Positions 10,295 to 19,336 of a DNA stretch of 31,503 bases are shown here, piece by piece; position 1 is the first letter of the stretch, and each line of letters begins with the position of its first letter. Source of the DNA: a bacterium (GTDB lineage: Bacteria > Hinthialibacterota > Hinthialibacteria > Hinthialibacterales > Hinthialibacteraceae); NCBI GenBank assembly GCA_963663405.2, contig CAXXSM010000113.1, forward strand, positions 1 to 31,503, given 5' to 3'. Position numbers and translations under genes: made by a program. The notes below the pieces were generated by a model, which ran no database searches, had not been told where the DNA came from, and saw only the letters and a program-made list of their open reading frames with translations.

Positions 10295-11494
10295 TTAACG
10301 CGTTTCAACAATGCCGATCACGCATTTCAAATACCGGGATTCAGGCATGGAAAGAAGATAGGGATGATCGCACGCCTGACTTCGGATTTCCAAAATTCGA
10401 ATCTGTTTACGTTCACGGGCGGCCGCCCGTTGGAGCGCCGCGAGAAACTGTTCTTCGTTAATTAAATAGGAACAGGAACAAGAACAGAAAATCCCCCCTT
10501 CGTGAGTGAGATGAATCGCTTGCCGGTTGACGTCTTCGTATCCCCGGAGCGCTTTCTTAACCTGTTTTGCGTTTTTAACAAACGCCGGTGGATCAACGAT
10601 GACGGCGCCGAACCTCCGTCCCTCACGCCGGGCGGCGGCGAGCCATTCGAATACATCCGCTTCGATGAGTTCCATTCGTGAATCCACCTGATTCAGAACG
10701 GCGTTTTGTTGAGCCAACGCAAGCGCAGCGGTGGAACGATCGATGGCTGTCGCGCTCTTCGCCCCGGAAACGAGCGCATGCAACGACCAGCCGCCGGTGT
10801 AGCAGAAGAGATCCAGAACATCCACGCCTTTTACGAAGCTGGATAGCGCTTTCCGATTCTCCGCCTGATCAAAAAAATGCCCCGTCTTCTGGCCTTGCGT
10901 CACATCCACTAAATACCGGACTCCATATTCTTCTATCTCTACAAGTTTTGGAATATCGCCCACAGCTGTTTTTATAAAGAGAGGAAGTCCTTCCAGTTTC
11001 CTCACTTCACAATCGTTCCGCAAAAAAACCGCTTGGGGAGAGCAAACACGTTCGATCGCAGCGAGAAATGTCTCCGTGTACCGTTCCATCCCCGCTGTAA
11101 GGATTTGGACGGTAAAGATTTCTCCATACCGGTCTACGACTACACCCGGCAATCCATCCGATTCGCCAAAGATTAAACGGTACGACCGCCGTCCAGGATA
11201 AAACCGCTCACGCAGCGCGGCGGCGGCGCGGATCTTTTCTTCAAACCATTTGGATGTACAAGGAATTCGGCCGGAATCACGGGAGAGAATCCGCAGGGCG
11301 ATCAAGCTGTGCGGATTGTAATGCGCGTAACCGGTGAAATAGCCGCTGTCATCGTTAACAACGGTGAGACAACCCGGTTCAGGCGCCGGTTTGGGAGGGA
11401 TGATTTCATTGCTGAAAATCCACGGATGTCCGGATTTACAGCGTTTGCCACAGCGGGGTTTTATCGCTATTGTAACAGGTATGGATTCATTCAT
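10295..11494 (-). CDS. rlmI: RlmI-type class I SAM-dependent rRNA m5C methyltransferase
   Basis: PUA-like GHPWIFSNE, GESDGLPG, GQKTGHFFDQ, VLDLFCYTGGW, VDPPAF, CSCS, YLK. Confidence 0.88.
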   Translation of the reverse strand: MNESIPVTIAIKPRCGKRCKSGHPWIFSNEIIPPKPAPEPGCLTVVNDDSGYFTGYAHYNPHSLIALRILSRDSGRIPCTSKWFEEKIRAAAALRERFYPGRRSYRLIFGESDGLPGVVVDRYGEIFTVQILTAGMERYTETFLAAIERVCSPQAVFLRNDCEVRKLEGLPLFIKTAVGDIPKLVEIEEYGVRYLVDVTQGQKTGHFFDQAENRKALSSFVKGVDVLDLFCYTGGWSLHALVSGAKSATAIDRSTAALALAQQNAVLNQVDSRMELIEADVFEWLAAARREGRRFGAVIVDPPAFVKNAKQVKKALRGYEDVNRQAIHLTHEGGIFCSCSCSYLINEEQFLAALQRAAARERKQIRILEIRSQACDHPYLLSMPESRYLKCVIGIVETR

Positions 11495-11518
11495 TCCTAT
11501 AACGCTCCAGGGAAGCTT

Positions 11519-13156
11519 ATGAAAGTTTTGCCGCAGTGGGACGCGATCCCACTTCTTGGATCGAGAACGTATTCAGATCTGATGGCGTCTCCACCACCGG
11601 CGATTGAAACGATCGTTCCACCCCGGTTGGATCAAATCAACGATGTGATTACGGAGCGGCGCCGTTTCGCCGATCGCTCGATTGATCGCCTCCGGATGGT
11701 TCAAGGCCTGCGCGAATCTCATGAACGCCGGAGCGCGCCTGTGTCTTCGTTGAAGCATATCGACGCGCTGATCGAACCAGATACATTTTTGATCACCACC
11801 GGACAGCAGCCCGGTCTATTGGGTGGACCGCTTTATACGATATATAAGATACTCCATGCCATCGCGCTAGCGCGTCGGTTAACCGGCGAAACAAACGCCC
11901 GTTTTTTCCCTGCTTTCTGGAACGCCTCGGAAGACAGCGATCTTTCGGAAATCTCCACCTTATGGATTTTGGACAAAGAAGGTTTTCCTGTCTCCTATAC
12001 GTGGCCCAGGGAATCCAGCGGCTCTCAGCCTTATTATACAATCCCCGCCCGCGAATGTCCGATAGACGATGTGATCGCTTTTCTGCGGGAACATTCCAGG
12101 CCAACCGAGTTTAGTGATGATATTCTATCGAACATCTCCAACTGCGCGGCGCGCGCTCAACACTATCCAGATTTTTTTGATGCTCTGCTGTGGTCTCTTT
12201 TCCACGATGATGGCCTAATTATTATACGCCCGGACGATCCCTATGTCCGCAAATCCGCCCGTCCATTGATCGAACGGGAGATCCGTCAACCGCATCTCGC
12301 GGCGGAAGAGATCGAACAAACCGGGCAATCCTTGCGCGCATTGGGTCTTACCCCGCAAATCCAAAAACGCCCGGACCGCACAGCGTTTTTTCTCGTGGAA
12401 AATGAAGAACGGATCCCTTTGTATATCACACAAGACGATTTTCAAGATAAACAAGGGAAGACGTATTCGAAAGATGACTGCTTGTCCCGGCTCGAGCGTT
12501 CACCTGAATCATTCTCCCCCAGCGCGATCCTGCGCCCTGTCATACAGGACGCCTTGTTCCCAACAGCGGGAGTGGTTTTGGGACCAAGTGAATTGGCGTA
12601 TCACTTTCTCCTCGATCCTTTATACACCCGGCACGATGTCCCCCGGCCCTGCGTTGTTCCACGGTTTGGATTGACACTGCTGGAATCCCGCATGTTAAAA
12701 ACGCTTAATAAGAATGATTTAACTCCGTTAGAATTGAACGCCGATCCCAATGCGTTAATGAAAGAAATCATTCAAAAAAGGGGAGAGGCCGATTTCACGA
12801 ACGCCCATCAACGAGCGGAAAATTGCGCGATCGATCTATTCGATCAGTTAAAGGTAAAAGCCCAACAAGTCGATCCCAGCATACTGAAAGTATTAGACAA
12901 AAACCTGACGAAAATCCGCCAAGAAATGGGAAATTCAGAAGCCCTCCTCCTGCGCCGCATCGCCGCGAAAAACGATATTCTCCACAGACAAATCGAATCG
13001 CTCCACCACAGCCTCTATCCCGATGGAGCGCTGCAGGAACGCCGGTTGAATGTTTTCTATTATTTGTTGAAGTATGGCCCGGAATTTTTAGTCGCAATGA
13101 TGGGAGTATCACTAACGATGGGGCAGAGAACACATTCGTATCTTTCTATCCCTTAA
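11519..13156 (+). CDS. bshC: bacillithiol biosynthesis cysteine-adding enzyme BshC
   Basis: TGQQPGLLGGPLYTIYK, FWNASEDSD, FSPSAILRPVIQD, GPSELAY, and LYPDGALQER after a coiled coil. Start moved to ATG 11519 to avoid overlap with rlmI. Confidence 0.9.
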   Translation: MKVLPQWDAIPLLGSRTYSDLMASPPPAIETIVPPRLDQINDVITERRRFADRSIDRLRMVQGLRESHERRSAPVSSLKHIDALIEPDTFLITTGQQPGLLGGPLYTIYKILHAIALARRLTGETNARFFPAFWNASEDSDLSEISTLWILDKEGFPVSYTWPRESSGSQPYYTIPARECPIDDVIAFLREHSRPTEFSDDILSNISNCAARAQHYPDFFDALLWSLFHDDGLIIIRPDDPYVRKSARPLIEREIRQPHLAAEEIEQTGQSLRALGLTPQIQKRPDRTAFFLVENEERIPLYITQDDFQDKQGKTYSKDDCLSRLERSPESFSPSAILRPVIQDALFPTAGVVLGPSELAYHFLLDPLYTRHDVPRPCVVPRFGLTLLESRMLKTLNKNDLTPLELNADPNALMKEIIQKRGEADFTNAHQRAENCAIDLFDQLKVKAQQVDPSILKVLDKNLTKIRQEMGNSEALLLRRIAAKNDILHRQIESLHHSLYPDGALQERRLNVFYYLLKYGPEFLVAMMGVSLTMGQRTHSYLSIP

Positions 13157-13535
13157 AGATTGTTTAACAGATGTATTTTATGAGAAAGATTTTGTACTAT
13201 TCAAGGAGATGATTTTTCAGCCAGAACAAAAGACGGAGTTTTTAATTTTATCAAAATAAATATATTTTTATCCACAACAAGTATTTTTTCTATATTGCAA
13301 TAATTAGAATTGGAATATAAGTGCAAATCAACGTTTTCCAACCAAATTATTTATTGCCTCAAATTCTCATTATAGGAAAATGATATTTTTATGATTTTAT
13401 GTATTAATCACTATACAGAATTTATTATTTCTTTATAATGAGTAATGTTCGGGATGGAATATCATATAAAAATTTTCTTTTTATCTCCTGTTCGCTGTAA
13501 TTATTAAAAATTTCATTCTCCGATGGAGAAAAAAA

Positions 13536-14624
13536 ATGGTACGTGAGCTATTTATGTTACACAAGAACGATTTAGCTGGAGAAATAGAAATACATTCTGA
13601 TTTTCTTTCTTTAGAACCTTCCGCTCTATCTAGAAAACGAGCGCTAAAGACAGGGAGGGAAAAACAAGAACCAATGAAAGATCCTAATGGTCCTGAAAAT
13701 TGTATACTTTGTGATCCCCAAAAAAAACCACAGGGAACCTCTATGGAACGAGAAATTATAAAAGATAGAGTTGCATGTTTTGAAAACGATTTTCCCTATC
13801 TTCCAGGAGACCAACAGGTTATATATCTTGCTTATGGAGAACAGGATTCAGAAATACGCAAGAAATTTCTTCATCGTTATAAGCTAGAAGATTTTGGAAG
13901 AAGTGAACTGTATTGGCTCGTAAAAGGGAGCATTATACTAGGTAATAATTATCCTATTCCAGATCGAACATACGATTTGATGCGGATGGTTGTAGGTTTT
14001 AATCTTGGAAAACTAGCCGGCCAATCCATTCCGCATTTCCATATTCAATATGGATGGGAAGTTGTTCTAGACAGACGTACTATTTCGCAGAAAGCAATTG
14101 ATCTTTACTTCGAAGAATTAGAGTTCAATGATCTTATTATTTATAGTGATGATCGCCTAAAAGTAATTGCGCCATGGACTCCAAAAGGACAATTTGCTCT
14201 TGATATATATTTCAATGACAAATTTGAGATAAGTGAAATGGATGAAACTGATATACGTACATTTGCCGTTATCGGTAATAGAATTATAAAAAAGTATAGA
14301 GAACTAGGCATTGAAAATCTTAATATTGTGTTTTCTAATTCACCAAAAGGAAGAAAAATAGAACCACTTATTGTCCATTTTGTTCCACGCGTTAATATGA
14401 CGGCTTTGTATGAGATTAAAGGTGTAAATGTTGTAGATACACCACCAAATCAAATAGCTGTAGAATTTCGTCGCCCAGGTCCTGATGGCTCTCAAGGTAT
14501 AAATTGGAGTCAATTGATTCAAGAAAGTAGTGAATTTGATCCAGATCAACTTTTTATGTCTGAGATTGAACTCACAGAAAGTAAGCAAACACAAAGATCA
14601 AGAACTACTCGCAGAAAAAGTTAG
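13536..14624 (+). CDS. divergent GalT-like (HIT superfamily) nucleotidyltransferase/phosphorylase
   Basis: GGAG RBS. CILCD (cf. CPFC), FENDFPYL (cf. NxFP), NLGKLAGQSIPHFHIQ (HxHxQ), and a second half IAPWTPKGQF...HFVPRV...TPPNQIA. AT-rich. Confidence 0.75.
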   Translation: MVRELFMLHKNDLAGEIEIHSDFLSLEPSALSRKRALKTGREKQEPMKDPNGPENCILCDPQKKPQGTSMEREIIKDRVACFENDFPYLPGDQQVIYLAYGEQDSEIRKKFLHRYKLEDFGRSELYWLVKGSIILGNNYPIPDRTYDLMRMVVGFNLGKLAGQSIPHFHIQYGWEVVLDRRTISQKAIDLYFEELEFNDLIIYSDDRLKVIAPWTPKGQFALDIYFNDKFEISEMDETDIRTFAVIGNRIIKKYRELGIENLNIVFSNSPKGRKIEPLIVHFVPRVNMTALYEIKGVNVVDTPPNQIAVEFRRPGPDGSQGINWSQLIQESSEFDPDQLFMSEIELTESKQTQRSRTTRRKS

Positions 14625-14714
14625 GAACTCAACTAGAATTCGTAGAAATATTAAAAAATAAGAATAAATAACCTTCATAATTTTTTCAAAAATGATGGTT
14701 AGTTGAAGACTTTT

Positions 14715-14743
14715 TTGAACAACATAGAGATTAACGTTACACT
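14715..14743 (+). promoter_or_regulatory. putative sigma70 promoter for the HicB-like gene
   Basis: TTGAAC, 17 bp, TACACT, ending 45 nt before the ATG. Confidence 0.5.
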
Positions 14744-14788
14744 AAATTAAGACACTACCATTCATTTAACGATTATGCAATCAAAACG

Positions 14789-15028
14789 ATGAATATTGGC
14801 AACAAATATGTAAAAATCATTGAATGGTCAGATGAGGATCAATGTTTTATTGGCAGTTGCCCAGAGTTGTTCTATGGGGGCTGTCATGGAGACGATTCCA
14901 AAAGCGTTTTCGCTGAGCTTTGTGAAATTGTAGAAGAAACGGTCCAGCTTTACAAAGAAGAGAATAAACCTCTCCCCCCTCCAATGTCTGGGAAAGAATT
15001 CGTTAATGCGATGCAGGAGATTGCGTGA
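14789..15028 (+). CDS. HicB-family antitoxin (no adjacent HicA)
   Basis: YVKIIEWSDEDQCFIGSCPEL...HGDD...YKEENKPLPPP is the HicB partial RNase H fold pattern. Confidence 0.8.
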   Translation: MNIGNKYVKIIEWSDEDQCFIGSCPELFYGGCHGDDSKSVFAELCEIVEETVQLYKEENKPLPPPMSGKEFVNAMQEIA

Positions 15029-15177
15029 TAATATTCCTCGTTTGCCGGATTTAGCTCTACAAAAAATTGATGGAACGCCAGGGGAAACGTATATTTATTT
15101 CCTTTTCATATTCAAATAGTTATAAAAATAGATTCCCGATAAATCTCATTGAAAAAATATATGATTTTATCTTTTAA

Positions 15178-15206
15178 TTGATCAATTAATAAATCAATGA
15201 TATTAT
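15178..15206 (+). promoter_or_regulatory. putative sigma70 promoter with a palindromic operator-like site
   Basis: TTGATC, 17 bp, (TGA)TATTAT extended -10. The -35 lies inside the palindrome AATTGATCAATT. The region is AT-rich, so a chance match is possible. Confidence 0.5.
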
Positions 15207-15261
15207 CAATTATTAGAAAGCCATTCATGGCTGAACCAACAACGAGCGAAGTGGAAACATC

Positions 15262-15606
15262 ATGGTAACGAGCAATGCTTTAGCGCGAAAGATTGACTCT
15301 ATTTGTGAAAAAGGGGGTATGAAGCAGAGAGATATCGCTCTTCTGCTTGATACCAACGCCGAAACGGTATCCCGGTGGAATCAAGGAAGAAATTACCCTC
15401 ATCCAAGGACAGAAACAATACTCCTTGAATTGGAATATCTCATCGATCAATTGTCTGATTTCTATGAACCAAACGAAGCGAGATTGTGGATGTTCTCTCC
15501 CCAAAAACATCTTAAAGGAAAGAAACCAGCCGATCTAATCAAATATGGAAGAATAGATGATGTTAAAAACTTAGTGAACCAACTTCGAGAATCGGTACAT
15601 GGATAG
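15262..15606 (+). CDS. Xre/MbcA/ParS-type antitoxin (HTH plus DUF2384-like domain), no adjacent RES toxin
   Basis: HTH QRDIALLLDTNAETVSRW. C-terminal EARLWMFSPQKHLKGKKPADLIKYGRIDDV matches the W..P...L.G..P toxin-binding pattern. Confidence 0.82.
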   Translation: MVTSNALARKIDSICEKGGMKQRDIALLLDTNAETVSRWNQGRNYPHPRTETILLELEYLIDQLSDFYEPNEARLWMFSPQKHLKGKKPADLIKYGRIDDVKNLVNQLRESVHG

Positions 15607-15687
15607 CCTGTTTGATATTCCCTTGCTAAAGCATAAATGTTAACTATAGTTTGCGTGTGATATATCACTAAATGTAGGTTGTTATGA

Positions 15688-16059
15688 ATGATCAGAACCG
15701 AACGATCCAAAACGGTTATTTTTTATAAAGATGAAAAAGGAAAAGTTCCCGTCAGCGATTGGTTGTATAGTATTAAGGACATGAAATTTAGACGGCGTAT
15801 TCTAAGAAGATTACGTCATTTAGAACAAGGACATTATGGAGATTGTAAAAGTATAATTGGACATAAAGGGCTATATGAATTAAGGTTCAATTTTGGGCCG
15901 GGATTTAGGTTGTATTTTGCCGAAAAAGAATCGACGTTAGTTATCGTATTGGTGGGTGGTGATAAGAAAACACAGAAAAAAGATATATCCCGAGCATTAG
16001 AATATTGGAACGATTACCAGGAGAACAATGAAAATGAGACATCATCCGACACTCGATGA
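15688..16059 (+). CDS. RelE/ParE-superfamily toxin (addiction module killer, HigB-like)
   Basis: GKVPVSDWL, RLRHLEQGHYGDCK, GLYELRFNFGPGFRLYF, LVGGDKKTQKKDI. Confidence 0.92.
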   Translation: MIRTERSKTVIFYKDEKGKVPVSDWLYSIKDMKFRRRILRRLRHLEQGHYGDCKSIIGHKGLYELRFNFGPGFRLYFAEKESTLVIVLVGGDKKTQKKDISRALEYWNDYQENNENETSSDTR

Positions 16060-16348
16060 AGTCGAAGAACAATATTTCAAAGATCACCCCGAAGAAATTG
16101 GGCCATATCTTTCTGAGATCTTCGATGAATATGCGGACAGTGGGAATTCAGCGGCATTATTGGCTTCTTTGCAAGTAATTGCCCGTGTTAAGAAGATCAC
16201 TGAACGTGCGAAGGACGTAGGAATGACACAGCAAGGATTGCAAAAAGCCCTATCGGATAAAGGGAATCCCCGCTTGGATAATTTAAATTCTGTTATGCGC
16301 GCCTTAGGCTATCGCCTTGCGCCTCAACAACTAAAAAGGCCGGAATAA
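16028..16348 (+). CDS. addiction module antidote, HTH (HigA-like)
   Basis: Overlaps the toxin. YLSEIFDE...ALLASLQVIAR...GMTQQGLQKALSDKGNPRLDNL..VMRALG. Confidence 0.9.
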   Translation: MKMRHHPTLDEVEEQYFKDHPEEIGPYLSEIFDEYADSGNSAALLASLQVIARVKKITERAKDVGMTQQGLQKALSDKGNPRLDNLNSVMRALGYRLAPQQLKRPE

Positions 16349-16544
16349 TAGATTCTACTAGAATCATTGTGAGAATTTATCTCTCAGATTATGCAGCGTA
16401 AAGTAAGTCAATGATTTTTTGTTTGTTAGTATCCGCTTTATGATAAGCTTTTTCTAATCGAATATCTGATTGAAAACGTTCATTGGATTGATAGTTGAAA
16501 AGAGAATTCGCCAATGGCCCACACTTATGAAAAAAAGTAAATAG

Positions 16545-16780
16545 GGCTTGCTAATCATTTCGTAAGTCTTTATAAATAATATAGTTATGACATACCGAAT
16601 CATTGAATTCCGCAAGAGAAATTTACAATAATTCTCCATCCCCTTGCACTTAAGACAGGGTGAAATGTATAGAAATGACTCGTTGACCCTGAAATTTCCT
16701 GCGTTTGGCCTTCCCTTCGGTGGCTATCTGGATCCGAACAATCGCTGGGTCAGAAAATCGGTGATGATTCATTGGGCAAT
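16545..16780 (+). mobile_element. IS5-family insertion sequence remnant (left end and transposase N-terminus)
   Basis: TAG|GGCTTGCTAA at 16542-16554 resembles IS5-group left ends. ATG ~16665 gives MYRNDSLTLKFPAFGLPFGGYLDPNNRWVRKSVMIHW, matching the recalled IS5 transposase start MYR...F.LPFGG.L...NRWV.....IPW. Similarity stops there and no DDE domain is present. Confidence 0.72.
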
Positions 16781-16872
16781 TGGCGAGTGGCCAGGGCAAG
16801 TACCGGCGTTTGTGCCGGAGCCTTTATTTTCATCTAAATGCCGCCACCGCGCGGCGTTGTCGTTACTGACGC

Positions 16873-16967
16873 TGTCTTAAAAGGATTATAGGATTACCAT
16901 GTTTTAAAAATCAAGAAAATCATGCAAATCAAGTATATCAAGGTTCTGACAATAAGGATTCTGACAA
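16873..16967. repeat. degenerate palindromic repeat related to the element at 27594-27717
   Basis: TGTCT...AGGATTATAGGATT on the left, 9-nt AATCAAGAA/AATCATGCA/AATCAAGTA units on the right, ending GGTTCTGACAA with the end duplicated (GATTCTGACAA). Confidence 0.5.
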
Positions 16968-17061
16968 AGCAACGCTGGGCTTCTAAATTTTCCACAAAAA
17001 GTGAATGGATTGTTGAGAAACGTACTCACTTGCCGGAAGAGCCATTTTTTTTACCATTTAA

Positions 17062-17161
17062 CCGGATGAAGAACTGTGGATTCTCGCAGAAATGTGGATT
17101 CAGAAACTGGAAAAAAAAGGATATTCCATTGTGTGTCTCTGATTACTATTCTTTAACAACG
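17062..17161 (+). repeat. 100-bp direct repeat, copy 1 (3' fragment of the GIY-YIG gene plus flank)
   Basis: Aligns without gaps to 21181-21280 with 5 mismatches. Encodes PDEELWILAEMWIQKLEKKGYSIVCL*. Confidence 0.95.
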
Positions 17162-17240
17162 ACAGATCCTTATTCCATCCTGCAGGAGGGATCGCGCTTG
17201 TTCATCATTAATAATGAAAGGAAGAAAAAAAACGATTTCG

Positions 17241-17828
17241 ATGAACGACATCTTAAAAAAAGCGGAGCAGATACAACGTCAAGCATGGGATGTAATAGAA
17301 GATACCCAAGTAATCAAACTCTGGTCTTCCATTGGGGCGGTTATTAATCTGGTTGGATCACTCAAGACAGGTTTGCTGATTAACAATCGGGATGTCGATT
17401 TTCATATATACACAAATCCTTTCAATCTATCCGATAGTTTTTCAGTGATTGCCAAGCTTGCCGAAAATAAACGAATCAAAACGGTGAACTATTCAAATCT
17501 TCTGGAAGCGGAAGATCAATGCATTGAATGGCATGCGCAGTATGAAGACCACGATAAGCGTTTATGGCAGATTGATATGATCCACATTTTAAATGAATCA
17601 CCCTATGCTGGATATTTTGAGAATGTGGCAAAACGAATATCAGAAGTACTAACACCTGAAACCCGTGACGCCATACTTCGAATAAAAGATGCGATTCCCG
17701 CAGACCAGAAAGTTATGGGTATACAGGTTTATAAGGCCGTTCTTGAAGATGGAATTCGTGATATCGATTCGTTTTGGCAATGGAAATCACAAAATCCCGG
17801 CGATGGCATCATTCAATGGATTCCATAG
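17241..17828 (+). CDS. Pol-beta-superfamily nucleotidyltransferase-like protein
   Basis: LVGSLKTGLLINNRDVDFH (GS...DxD) and a later WQIDM third acidic residue. Alternative start at 17214. Confidence 0.7.
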   Translation: MNDILKKAEQIQRQAWDVIEDTQVIKLWSSIGAVINLVGSLKTGLLINNRDVDFHIYTNPFNLSDSFSVIAKLAENKRIKTVNYSNLLEAEDQCIEWHAQYEDHDKRLWQIDMIHILNESPYAGYFENVAKRISEVLTPETRDAILRIKDAIPADQKVMGIQVYKAVLEDGIRDIDSFWQWKSQNPGDGIIQWIP

Positions 17829-17924
17829 AATGATCACCGGACAAAGCGTCTTCTTTCTTTTTCACCGCTTCGCTATGAAGAACGCGGGAGAAACAGACAT
17901 TAGGCGTCTGAATGAGAAAAAAAA

Positions 17925-18218
17925 ATGTCTGTATACATGATTATTCAATCAACAATAAAGGATGGGGAGAAATACAATCAATACATTGACCAAGTCTCTC
18001 CAATCGTTGAAAAGTATGGCGGCCGTTACCATGTTCGTGGAGAGAACATCCAGTCATTCGGCAGCTGGAAACCAGAAAGAATTATCATAATCGAATTTCA
18101 ATCCGAAGACCAAATCCACGAATGGTTACAATCGCCTGAATACTTGGCGATTGCGCCACTGCGTGAAGAAGGCGCTGACGCGCAGGCGATTCTTGTTGAA
18201 GGTTACCGAAACGATTAG
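17925..18218 (+). CDS. DUF1330 family protein
   Basis: YIDQVSPIVEKYGGRYHVRG, PERIIIIEF, WLQSPEY...R. Confidence 0.9.
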   Translation: MSVYMIIQSTIKDGEKYNQYIDQVSPIVEKYGGRYHVRGENIQSFGSWKPERIIIIEFQSEDQIHEWLQSPEYLAIAPLREEGADAQAILVEGYRND

Positions 18219-18644
18219 CCGCTTAATAACGCTCAACGCTGAATTCGATGGAGCGAGACGCTATGATATTCGTATTGTGTTATTTTCAGTTTGTTTATAA
18301 GGGTGAATATTTTTCGGTAAAGATAAAGGTACGTTAGAAATTCGGATCACTTGAAGACGCTGGCGGTGTTGGGCACAAGTACGGCAATCTCTTCAGGCAT
18401 GACGCACAACTAGACTGCTCCCAGGTTATGTTCACAACCAACGATCATCCAATCCCAGTTTGACCCGCCCAGGGGAAAAGCGGTTTACAAATGAACTAAC
18501 AGGATTTTAACAAAATAGTGGAAGAGTGGTCTTCCAATCGATTAATTAATTTGATACGATGCAAAATCGGCATTCGGATAGCAATAAATATCGATAACGA
18601 TACGCTTTCCATGCCGAAAAACTCATCAAAGAAGGGACTCGATC

Positions 18645-19166
18645 ATGATGAAACCAGACTTGCAAGCGGTAATCTCTCGATTGGAAACAGTGGAAAAACA
18701 GAACCATCAGTTGAAAAAAGGAATGGGATTTGTCTTGGTGGTTGCCTGCGCTTTTGTCTTCATGGGAGCCGCTGAATCGGAAAATCCAAAAATCATCAAA
18801 GCCCAGGCCTTCCAAGTAGTGAATCAGGAAGGGGAAACGGTTGCGGCTCTTGGTATTGGTGAATCCGGGAATGCTTATCTAGTTGTATCCGACAAGGAGA
18901 AAAAGAGAAGCGCAGGAATCGGCATTTCGCCCAAGGGTAATGGTTTTGGCGTTGGCTATTCTCTAAATGGGAAAGTTCTGGTAAGTATCGGTGGTGGCCT
19001 AGAAGGTCCTTGTGGGATTTCAGTACAAGATGAAAATGGGACTATGCGAGTTGGAATGGGTGGTCCTTTGGAGGATTATTACGGTGTTGTTATTGCAGAT
19101 AAAGATGGGAATCCAAGTCAATTTATTCCACCGAGAGAAGAAGAAGCATCGGAGGCTGAGAAATAA
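18645..19166 (+). CDS. hypothetical membrane-anchored or exported protein
   Basis: AAGGGA RBS. Short coiled coil RLETVEKQNHQLK, one TM helix, then Gly-rich beta-hairpin repeats (D..G..R). Confidence 0.75.
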   Translation: MMKPDLQAVISRLETVEKQNHQLKKGMGFVLVVACAFVFMGAAESENPKIIKAQAFQVVNQEGETVAALGIGESGNAYLVVSDKEKKRSAGIGISPKGNGFGVGYSLNGKVLVSIGGGLEGPCGISVQDENGTMRVGMGGPLEDYYGVVIADKDGNPSQFIPPREEEASEAEK

Positions 19167-19336
19167 AGAACTGAATACTTTGCCTACCCTATTACCTGAT
19201 TAAACGGCCCTCGTAGCCTTTCTGGCCCACCGAATCATTTTTATATCCGCCTAGCTGCACGGAGACAAACAAAACTGATTCACTCTACTCGTGATATAAT
19301 GAAAAAAGATTCGTAGTAAAGTTTGAGTATATCGTT

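Noticed and set aside
11309-11518. N-terminal extension of BshC overlapping rlmI
   Set aside because: It is antisense to the conserved RlmI N-terminus with no BshC-like content. ATG 11519 is more plausible.
13536-14624. Naming the gene galT
   Set aside because: Motifs are divergent and there is no gal context, so the substrate is unsupported.
16922-17347. 141-aa ORF similar to 21113..21304
   Set aside because: The similarity comes from an alternative frame of the 100-bp repeat. The ORF crosses repeat and intergenic DNA.
17241-17828. CBASS cyclase
   Set aside because: Too short for a CD-NTase and no adjacent Cap effector.
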